A stretch of 64,000 bases of DNA. It comes from Eledone cirrhosa (taxonomy: Eukaryota). The first letter of the stretch is position 1, and the number at the start of each line of letters is the position of its first letter. Where the stretch lies: assembly GCA_964016885.1 (NCBI GenBank), contig OZ024745.1:103664001-103728000 (forward strand), given 5' to 3'. The notes beneath the pieces are model-generated. The model saw only the letters and a list, made by a program, of their open reading frames with translations, ran no database searches and was not told the origin of the DNA. The position numbers and the translations under genes are program-made. This document shows, piece by piece, positions 37,433-47,800 of this stretch.

Positions 37433-38572
37433 CACACAGAAATATATGGGCATTTCTCTGTTTGTCTGTCTGTCTGTCTGTCTGTCCTTCCCTAAAACTC
37501 AAATGTAGGTGCTACAGAAATATTACCTTCCCCTTCCTTTCTCCACTTTGGTACTACCAAGAGAAAGACTGTCGCTATAGAAACATTACCTTCCCCTCTC
37601 CACTGACTTTGGTCACTGAGGCCGAGGGAATCGCTGGTTGCTCTAGAGACACCTTGCACAAGCCAGAAGTAACCAATTCGAGGCGGTTCTGACTTGACAC
37701 CATGCCAAGTCTACTTATAATATATAATGGGCATTTCTCTGTTTGTTTGTCTGTCTGTCCGTCTGTAAAAAATGCCAAGGAAACAAATAGACGCGGTTTC
37801 AAATCTCTATGCTTTTCAAATTCATTACATTAATCTTTATTTATACGTTTCACTTTACGAGTGTTTCGGCTTACGAGTGTTTCGGCTTATCATTATATAT
37901 AAACGTTTCTATTTCCATCGTTTTATCGTAAGCGTTTATATATTTCCATCGTTATATCATAACGTTTATGTATCATAACGTTTATATTTCCGTCACTAAT
38001 CTCTTTTTCTCCTTTTTCGTTTTAACATATATTTATTTCAAAGATTTCACCGTATAGATAACATATATATTTATACATGCATAAAAGACACACCGAGAGA
38101 CGGTGAACATGTGGTGCCGAAAACATTTCTCGTCCAAATCTCAACAATATCAGTATATACACTAGATTTGCTAGCAGAAAACCGCCCACCGGGTGGTTTT
38201 CTGCTAGTTTATATATATAAAACAGAGGATGTCTGTCTGTGTGTCTGTTTCCTTAAAACTCGAGAAGTACCCAACCGTTTTTTTTTCAAACTTTACACAT
38301 GTAACCCGTATGGCCCCAGAAGTGTTTTGAGAAAAAATAAATTTTCAAATTATTCTGACCTAGGGATCGAATTAGTGAAGTGGCCAATCTCTGTACATAA
38401 TGAGGGAGTGAGAGGGGAGAGAAAGAAACGGAGAGGCGAAGTGAAGAAGTGGCTCTCTACTCCTCCTTCTCCCCATTCGTCACAGCGTTTTTCGATAGAG
38501 GGGAGATATGTGAACGAGTTTCAGAGAGAAAGAGTGAGGGTGAAAGAAACAGACAGACTAAAAGAGGGGGAT

Positions 38573-38634
<62 letters not shown>

Positions 38635-38802
38635 TGACAGACGCCGTCTTTTGAGAGTTGTATGCATCAAAGATATGTGACAGAGGAATAACTATTGCGT
38701 GTGTGTGTACGTGCGCGCGCGTGTGTGTGTGCGTTTGCATGAGTGAGTGTGTATGTGTGCGTGAGTGATTATAAACTCTCTCACATGGTCTGATGGAATT
38801 AA

Positions 38803-38930
38803 CCCTTTAGCATTTACATTACTCTATATATACTATATTATTTTCATGGTGAGGCTTTATCTCACATAATATAAAAATCTCATAGATTTAATATTATTTA
38901 TTTTGAGAACAATACCTTAACCCTTTAGTA
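38803..38930 (+). mobile_element. piggyBac-like MITE left half plus a second left terminus at its internal TTAA
   Basis: ttaa-ccctttagcattta… then aatacc-ttaa-ccctttagtatt. Confidence 0.75.
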
Positions 38931-39392
38931 TTAATGTGAGTGAGTTATAAAGAGAAAGAGTGAGAGTGAACGGAACAGACAGACTAAAAGAGGGGGATAG
39001 CGGGAGAGAGAGAGAGAGAGAGAGAGAGAGACGCTGGAAGAGGGGAAGGAAAGCTATATGTCTTGCTGTCTGCATTACGATACATAAATATACACACACA
39101 CACTGAACGCGTCATAATGACGTAATGCAGACAGATATTATAAGGGCGCAACGTTATATCTATGTATCTATCTAAAAAGAAAGACTAAGAATTATAGAGA
39201 GAGATCGCTAAATCGCCTAATGCGGCCCCTAGGGCATTGAAAATTTGAAATATTTTTTGCTCAAAACACTCACAGGACCATAAGTATTACATGTGTAAAG
39301 TTTGAAAACAATCGGTTGGGTGGTTCTCAAGTTTTAGTGAGCTGACAGACAGGCAGACATTCTCTGTTTTAGATATATAGATATATATATAA

Positions 39393-40474
39393 CTAGCAGA
39401 GGTAACCGGCGTTGCTCGGGTATTAAATAGCAGCTGTGTATACCATTTATGTCAATGCTTCAGTGCTGCTTCGAAAACTATACTTTTACAAAATCATCGG
39501 CTTTTTCCAAAAGGGGGTTCCTGCCCCCAGGGGTCCTCTACTCAATATGTACCAATTCTGAGAGTTCACATTCATCAGTAGGACAAACGTAGCCCATGTG
39601 TCAAGTTTTGTGAAAATCGGTTGCGAACTCCAGAAGTTATAACGTTTTGTTGCATTGCACTGCAGTGCTTCAGTCGACTCCAAGAAAGTGGTTAAAGGGG
39701 CTTATCTGCCGGGAGGCCCTATAATCAATATCTGGAAAAATGAAAGTGCCCATGACCATCCGGAGTACATAAGTAACCTATGTCTTAAGTTTGGTGAAAA
39801 TACTGTAGAAATGCATAAGGTTTATACATACGCGTGCGTGCGTGCGTGTGGGTGTGTGGGTGTGTGTTTGTGGGTGTGTATGTATTTGTGTGTGCGTATG
39901 TATGTCTATGTCCGTCGGGGCATACGTATGTACTGGCCTAAATCTTCACTATTTACTTTTACTATTTTAATAACCTCTGTCATTTTCGTTTTCAATTTTA
40001 TTTACATCATTCTTAAACTCCGGGGCTGGAAATCATTCTGTTATTTTAAATAGAATATTAGTCTAACGACTCCATTTATACCATAAACTTGGTCTTGTCT
40101 TTGCATGAAATTGTTCTTCACGCTCCACATAACGACGTATTATCCTCGCTTTTTTCCCGTTCATTGCCAGGGAACGTCTTCACGAACCAAAATATCGTCT
40201 TCCTGTTTTCGTTCGGTTGCAACGTTTCTCGAAATATTTACTTCTGCGTTCACAGATTACTCTCAGTTCAATTTGAATGGGAAATTCCTGTTTCATCGAT
40301 TTTCTCCGTAACCATGGAAGCTTGTAGCTTGAAAGTCGACCCAACGCCTCTCGAGTCATTCTGCATAACTGTGTAAATTTTCGCTGCATTCCACCATGCC
40401 TTTTCGACGTTTATCCCACTACACCTACTTACTTAAATATACAACGTCCGACCACTTCCAATTTATATAGTAGA
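39393..40474 (-). mobile_element. Non-autonomous Helitron (complete termini)
   Basis: Minus strand A|TCTACTATATAA … cccgagcaacgccgg hairpin, ttacctctg CTAG|T. Confidence 0.8.
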
Positions 40475-40623
40475 TTATATATTCGTGTACAGATATTTTT
40501 GCATACACAATAACAAAATATAAATAAACGTATTTATTTCACGAGGCTCAATAAGGATAAATATATATCAAATATATAAGAACCCTAGAGCAAATCCCGA
40601 GTAACGCCGGGCCATTCTGCTAG

Positions 40624-41473
40624 TCTATATATATAAAACTGAGGATGTCTGTCTGTGTGTGTGTGAGTTTGAATCCCTAAAACTCAAGAAGCAGCTAACC
40701 GACTGTCTTCAAACTTTACACATGTAATACTTATGTTTCAGGGAGTGTTCTGAGCAAAAAAATGATCCCTAGGGCATTAAAGATTTCAAATTTTTAATGC
40801 CCTAGGGACCGCATTAGGCGATTTAGCGATCTCTCTCTATAATTCTTAGTCTTTCTCTTTTTAGATAGATACATCGCGCCCTTATAATATCTGTCTGTAT
40901 GTCTGGCTGTTTGCATTATGTCACTTCCCTGAGGATGTCTGTCTGTGTGTGTGTTAAATGTGTATTACTTATGTTTCAGGGAGTGTTATGCACATAAAAA
41001 ATTCAACTTTTTGATCTCCTATTAGGTGAAAAACTGCGTTTTATAAGCTTTTTAGGGGTTCTTTGAGGCATTACGTCAGACCGATTTCCTTGAAATTGTA
41101 ACTGAGTCTCTTCTTCATAACGTGAACAAAGAAAATCCAACTTTTTTATAGCCTAGAGACCGCATTATATGAAAAACTTCCTTTCTTTCAGCTTTTTAGG
41201 GCTTTTTGGAGGCGTTACGTCTAGCCGATTTTCCTGAAATTTCAAGGCATATTTATTATGCACATAAAAAAAATTTATTTTCTTGATCTCCTAGGTGAAA
41301 ACCTGCATTTTTCCTGCTTCATCGAAGAAAATCTCAAAGATTATCCAGCCATCAGAGCATTCGGTTTATTTTCTTTATATATTGTCCAGGCATGCAGTTT
41401 TTCCACGATTAGGTCTGTTGGCGGCCCACATTCTAAAATATCTTATCCCGGCAACGCCGGGTACCACTGCTAG
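40624..41473 (+). mobile_element. Non-autonomous Helitron (complete termini)
   Basis: TCTATATATATAAAAC start; cccggc-aac-gccggg hairpin (41447-41461) 8 nt before CTAG|T. Confidence 0.85.
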
Positions 41474-41705
41474 TATTATAATATATTAAAAAACAGCTTA
41501 AGTGAACATTTTGCCTTTTTTTTATTTCATATTTCTCCTGTTGAAACATGAGTAAGACTAATATAATGTCTTAAATTCCTTCATTAAATATATTAAATAT
41601 ATATATATGTGTGTGTGTGGTGTGGTGTATGTTTATACATATGTATATATATGCATATATATATATATATACACATATATATATCATCATTATTATATAT
41701 TATAT

Positions 41706-41870
41706 GGTCGGACATCATGCTTTGACGCATAGAATTACGGCCCTTTCCATTCTGAGTTCAAATCCCGCCGAGGTCAACTTTGCCTTTCATCCTTACGGGG
41801 TCGATAAAATAAAGTACCAGTAATGTACTGGGTAATTGCTGGCCTTGTGCCAAAAGTAGAAACAATTATT
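41706..41870 (+). mobile_element. SINE-A, slightly 5'-truncated; an RTE-type tail fragment follows (~41885-42095)
   Basis: Family match; downstream ggttggcgttaggaaggcatccagcc…ccatgctagcgtggaaaatagacgttgatgatg. Confidence 0.85.
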
Positions 41871-42183
41871 ATATATTATATGTTGGTTCCATAAAACATC
41901 TAGCCCACACTGTAAAGTCACAGCAAAAAGCAGCCAGCACACACTGTAAATGTGGTTGGCGTTAGGAAGGCATCCAGCCAGAAATAGTCCTATATGAGCG
42001 AGACACGGTCACCCAACCCAACTTTCCTCGAATGGGACAAATCTGTCTAAACCATGCTAGCGTGGAAAATAGACGTTGATGATGATGATGATGTGATGTA
42101 TATATTTATATATATATATATATAAAAAAGAAAATGTTGCTCTACTGTAGTAGAAAAACCATGTATCTCTATTAACTCGCTAA

Positions 42184-42535
42184 TTGGTAAGGCTTATTCT
42201 TTTAAGGAAATCCTGTGCTGATAGAAACTACACAACCTGCAAGGTAAGCCCACAAATAAATTGTAACACTAGAAATGTGGTATATGGTACGAGATACCCA
42301 GATGAGCAGTGTAAGAATACTAACATAATGTACATAGGGGAAGGAGCCCATAGTGTAGGAGAAATGATAAAGGAGCACTGGTGGGAAATCAAAGACAAGA
42401 AAAACTCTGCATGTTCTACAAACATGCTAAACTAGAACATGGGATTTTACTGTAAAACCTTGTGAAGATCTAATCCACATACTGGGCTGACATTAAAGAA
42501 GCCACCTTGAGAACAGAACTAAACCCATCCTCAAT
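42184..42535 (+). pseudogene. Penelope-like element GIY-YIG endonuclease remnant
   Basis: CKV…NCNTRNVVYG…C…MYIGEG…IKEHWWEIK matches the NVVY…YIGE…KEH pattern; downstream EA…PS-like segment in another frame. Confidence 0.7.
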
Positions 42536-42946
42536 AGAAAGCAGAAATGGAATAGTAACATCTCCCTAACCTACTGACTGATGACAGAATAATTATGACA
42601 CACAGGAATAAATACAGGAATTCATAGTAAAACATAGCAGCAAGTACAGAGATGTGAATGCAATTACAGAGATGTGCACATGCACCTATGAATATGGATA
42701 AGGACTCATAAAGGCTGGTGAGAAGTTGCCAGGAGATACACAAATGTACCACATACACAGCTAAGGGTAAATACACACAGAAACTTTCAGTAGTAGCAAT
42801 GTATACATAAACACACACTGCAGAAAGACAAAAAGTCAAAGTCGGTGTGAGGAGGAGACACAGAGAGCAAAAGGTCATTGATAAGGTTACAGAATCTGTT
42901 AAGAAAGAGTTTTGACAATTAGGTAAATAGTTGTTTCATTATTTAA

Positions 42947-43256
42947 CCCTTTAATGTTCAAACCGGCCAAAACCGGCCAGAATTCTCTACCTCTTTCTGT
43001 TGAAACTGGCTGTAACTGGCCACTCATACTGATGTTAAGGTATTGTTCTCAAAATAATTGTTTCTACTTTTGGCACAAGGCCAGCAATTACCCAGTGCAT
43101 TACTGGTACTTTATTTTATCGACCCCGTAAGGATGAAAGGCAAAATAATACTTTCAAAATCTCATAGATTCGATATTATGTGAGATAATTATGTGAGGTA
43201 AAGCCTTTACCATGAAAATATAATAGTATATATAGAGTAATGTGAATGCTAAAGGT
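42947..43256 (-). mobile_element. piggyBac-like TTAA MITE with a 5'-truncated SINE-A inside
   Basis: TTAA flanks at 42943-42946 and 43257-43260; SINE TSD caaaataat at 43050-43058 and 43141-43149. Confidence 0.85.
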
Positions 43257-43459
43257 TTAACCTAACTATGTTTTGTTATCTGATTAATAAAAATAAACCT
43301 GAAGTGCAATTCAACTGGTGCACATGTTATTATCTGCAGCATGGCCCTCCCAAACATAACAATATGTTTCAACACACAATTTCAAATCAAAAATCTTGCA
43401 AAATGAAATATAAATATAAATATTTTTATGTAACAGGCTTGGTAGCACCAAAACATACA

Positions 43460-43610
43460 TTGGTTTCTGATTTAGGCACAAGACCAACAATTTTGGGGGA
43501 GGGAAAGTCGAATAAATCAACCCCAGTGCATTATTGGTATGTTATTTTATCGGCCCCATAGGTTTAAAAAGCAAAGCTAACCTCAACAGGATTTGAACTC
43601 AGATCGTAAA
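43460..43610 (-). mobile_element. SINE-A' partial copy
   Basis: ggtttctgatttaggcacaag…ggatttgaactcagatcgtaaa. Confidence 0.8.
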
Positions 43611-43777
43611 CTGATTAATAATCTTCCCAGTCCTGAACCATGAAATCAGCATTATATATACGCGTGTGTGTGAGTGTGAGTGTGTGTGTGTGAAAAATCA
43701 ATGAGGAAAACAATACAAGGAACAATACAGTACACTGAAGATATAAGTTTAATATTTCTTATAGTAGGAAAAGAGAC

Positions 43778-43810
43778 TTAACGTTTTGGACATTAGCCCT
43801 TCATCAGAAG
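43778..43810 (-). ncRNA. Degenerate Penelope-type minimal hammerhead ribozyme motif
   Basis: Minus strand ctt-ctgatga-a-gggc-taat-gtcc-aaaac-gtt-aag: stem I ctt/aag, stem II gggc/gtcc, palindromic aacgtt stem III; G12>A. Confidence 0.55.
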
Positions 43811-44850
43811 ATAGAATGAGAAATAGAAGAAATAAAATGATAGACAAGCAGAAGAAACAGAATAAATATTTTTTTACAGGAAGAAAGCACATATGTGTTT
43901 AGTCAGAGTAGATCAAAATGTGACTAAGATACAAAAGAGTTTTAATAAGGAAGATGATCATTGAGTATTTTGAATTGTCATGTGTGTGAGTGTATGTGTG
44001 TGTGTATGTGTGCATGTGGGCACATTTGTCTGTACAAACTGTGAGGGTATGAAGGTCAGATATCAATTTGTTATTTAATTAAAAGAGAATATTTCTAACA
44101 TTCCTAAGGAGTTGGACAAACAGAGATTACACACTGCAAATTATATTTATAGATAAAGCCAACCGGAATAAAGTTGAGCTGTAATAACCTGTCTTTTTAG
44201 GAGACCATCTAGGAATACATACATTGGCTAATATGACTTTCCATTAACTTATAATTTTTCATCATCTTTTTAAATAACTTAGAAAAAAAGAAAGAAGGGT
44301 AGTGGCCATGATCGTTTTCATGCCTTCTGTGACAGTGGAAAGAAGAAAACTATTATTCTCAATCCCAAAACCTGGCCTTATGTGTTTACAATAGTGTGGC
44401 CTTCAATAAAAAGACTCAAGAGCCAGCTAGTTGTGTTAAACTAGGTCTCTTATTACGTCTACTTCCCATGAATAGGAAATATCCTTCTCAATGACTTCCA
44501 CAAGTTTCTGTCCACCCAATTTCACTCAAAATGTTTTGATCAACTCAATGGTAGATAGCAGATGATACATGCCAATCTAAGATGTAAGGGTGTGATTTGA
44601 GGGAGATGTTGCTGCTGTTTCTAGCAGGTAGAGCAACCACATAGAGACTCGCTTGTGGACAGTTGTAGCCTATAGTGATGGGAGTTGTAGTGGTGATGCT
44701 GGGGGTAGGAGAAATAGTAGAGGCAGGTGTCTGTGTTGGAAAGTAAAGAGTAGTGTTTTGTTTGTTCTTTTCTGTTATTGTGATGTTGTTGTGATGTTGT
44801 TGTTGCTGTTGTTACATCTATAGCCTATCTCTCTTTTTTTCAGTGATAAT

Positions 44851-47800
44851 GTTATTGTTGTTTTTGTTGTTATTGGTGGTGGGGGTGTGGTGGTCTTGGT
44901 GCTAGTGATGTTGTTGTTGTTGTTATTGGTGGTGGGCGTGGGGTGGTCTTGGTGCTAGTGTTGTTGTTGTTGTTATTGGTGGTGGGGGTGTGGTGGTCTT
45001 GGTGCTAGTGTTGTTGTTGTTGTTATTGGTGGTGGGGGTGTGGTGGTCTTGGTGCTAGTGTTGTTGTTGTTGTTATTGGTGGTGGGCGTGGGGTGGTCTT
45101 GGTGCTAGTGTTGTTGTTGTTGTTATTGGTGGTGGGCGTGGGGTGGTCTTGGTGCTAGTGTTGTTGTTGTTGTTATTGGTGGTGGGGGTGTGGTGGTCTT
45201 GGTGCTAGTGTTGTTGTTGTTATTGGTGGTGGGGGTGTGGTGGTCTTGGTGCTAGTGTTGTTTTTGTTGTTATTGGTGGTGGGGGTGTGGTGGTCTTGGT
45301 GCTAGTGTTGTTGTTGGTGTTGGTGGTGGGTGTGTGGTGGTCTTGGTGCTAGTGTTGTTGTTGTTGTTATTGGTGGTGGAGGTGTGGGGGTATTGGTGCT
45401 AGTGTTGTTGTTGGTGTTGGTGGTGGGGGTGTGGTGGTCTTGGTGCTAGTGTTGTTGTTGTTGTTATTGGTGGTGGGGGTGTGGTGGTCTTGGTGCTAGT
45501 ATTGTTGTTGTTGTTATTGGTGGTGGGGGTGTGGTGGTCTTCGTGCTAGTGTTGTTGTAGTTGTTATTGGTGGTGGGGGTGTGGTGGTCTTGGTGCTAGT
45601 GTTGTTGTTGTTGTTGTTATTGGTGGTGGGGTGTGGTGGTCTTGGTGCTAGTGTTGTTGTAGTTGTTATTGGTGGTGGGGGTGTGGTGGTCTTGGTGCTA
45701 GTGTTGTTGTAGTTGTTATTGGTGGTGGGGGTGTGGTGGTCTTGGTGCTAGTGTTGTTGTTGTTGTTGTTATTGGTGGTGGGGGTGTGGGGGTCTTGGTG
45801 CTAGTGTTGTTTTTGTTGTTATTGGTGGTGGGGGTGTGGTGGTCTTGGTGCTAGTGTTGTTGTTGTTGTTATTGGTGGTGGGGGTGTGGTGGTCTTGGTG
45901 CTAGTGTTGTTTTTGTTGTTATTGGTGGTGGGGGTGTGGTGGTCTTGGTGCTAGTGTTGTTGTTGTTGTTATTGGTGGTGGGGGTGTGGTGGTCTTGGTG
46001 CTAGTGTTGTTGTTGTTGTTATTGGTGGTGGGGGTGTGGTGGTCTTGGTGCTAGTGTTGTTGTTGTAGTTGTTGGTGGTGGGGGTGTGGTGGTCTTGGTG
46101 CTAGTGTTGTTTTTGTTGTTATTGGTGGTGGGGGTGTGGTGGTCTTGGTGCTAGTGTTGTTGTTGTTGTTATTGGTGGTGGGGGTGTGGTGGTCTTGGTG
46201 CTAGTGTTGTTGTTGTTGTTGTTATTGATGGTGGGTGTGTGGTGGTCTTGGTGCTAGTGTTGTTGTTGTAGTTGTTGGTGGTGGGGGTGTGGTGGTCTTG
46301 GTGCTAGTGTTGTTTTTGTTGTTATTGGTGGTGGGGGTGTGGGGGTCTTGGTGCTAGTATTGTTGTTGTTGTTATTGGTGGTGGGGGTGTGGTGGTCTTG
46401 GTGCTAGTGTTGTTGTTGTTGTTGTTATTGATGGTGGGTGTGTGGTGGTCTTGGTGCTAGTGTTGTTGTTGTTGTTATTGGTGGTGGGGGTGTGGTGGTC
46501 TTGGTGCTAGTGTTGTTGTTGTTGTTGTTATTGATGGTGGGTGTGTGGTGGTCTTGGTGCTAGTGTTGTTGTTGTTGTTATTGGTGGTGGGGGTGTGGTG
46601 GTCTTGGTGCTAGTGTTGTTGTTGTTATTGGTGGTGGAGGTGTGGTGGTCTTGGTGCTAGTGTTGTTGTTGTTGTTATTGGTGGTGGGGGTGTGGTGGTC
46701 TTGGTGCTAGTATTGTTGTTGTTATTGGTTGTGGGGGTGTGGTGGTCTTGGTGCTAGTGTTGTTGTTGTTGTTGTTATTGGTGGTGGGGGTGTGGTGGTC
46801 TTGGTGCTAGTATTGTTGTTGTTGTTATTGGTGGTGGGGGTGTGGTGGTCTTGGTGCTAGTGTTGTTGTTGTTGTTATTGGTGGTGGGGGTGTGGTGGTC
46901 TTGGTGCTAGTGTTGTTGTTGTTGTTGTTATTGGTGGTGGGGGTGTGGTGGTCTTGGTGCTAGTGTTGTTGTTGTTGTTGTTATTGGTGGTGGGGGTGTG
47001 GTGGTCTTGGTGCTAGTGTTGTTGTTGTTGTTGTTATTGGTGGTGGGGGTGTGGTGGTCTTGGTGCTAGTGTTGTTGTTGTTGTTGTTATTGGTGGTGGG
47101 GGTGTGGTGGTCTTGGTGCTAGTGTTGTTGTTGTTGTTGTTATTGGTGGTGGGGGTGTGGTGGTCTTGGTGCTAGTGTTGTTGTTGTTGTTGTTATTGGT
47201 GGTGGGGGTGTGGTGGTCTTGGTGCTAGTGTTGTTGTTTTTGTTGTTATTGGTGGTGGGGGTGTGGTGGTCTTGGTGCTAGTGTTGTTGTTGTTGTTGTT
47301 ATTGGTGGTGGGGGTGTGGTGGTCTTGGTGCTAGTGTTGTTGTTGTTGTTGTTATTGGTGGTGGGGGTGTGGTGGTCTTGGTGCTAGTGTTGTTGTTGTT
47401 GTTGTTATTGGTGGTGGGGGTGTGGTGGTCTTGGTGCTAGTGTTGTTGTTGTTGTTGTTATTGGTGGTGGGGGTGTGGTGGTCTTGGTGCTAGTGTTGTT
47501 GTTTTTGTTGTTATTGGTGGTGGGGGTGTGGTGGTCTTGGTGCTAGTGTTGTTGTTGTTGTTATTGGTGGTGGGGGTGTGGTGGTCTTGGTGCTAGTATT
47601 GTTGTTGTTGTTATTGGTGGTGGGGGTGTGGTGGTCTTGGTGCTAGTATTGTTGTTGTTGTTATTGGTGGTGGGGGTGTGGTGGTCTTGGTGCTAGTATT
47701 GTTGTTGTTGTTATTGGTGGTGGGGGTGTGGTGGTCTTGGTGCTAGTATTGTTGTTGTTGTTATTGGTGGTGGGGGTGTGGTGGTCTTGGTGCTAGTGTT

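Larger units (their letters stand above)
36138..37445. repeat. Palindromic minisatellite cacacagaaat(at)n-atttctgtgtg in three blocks
   Basis: Blocks at ~36138-36345, 36905-37110 and 37345-37445, separated by insertions. Confidence 0.85.
35827..41473. mobile_element. Cluster of non-autonomous Helitron-like elements and fragments
   Basis: 5' TC-TA-rich ends followed by (TCTG)n at ~35828, 37710, 38208, 40624 (+) and 39381 (-); another TC end at 40474 (-); 3' hairpin+CTAG ends at 38207, 40623, 41473 (+) and 39393 (-). Confidence 0.8.
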
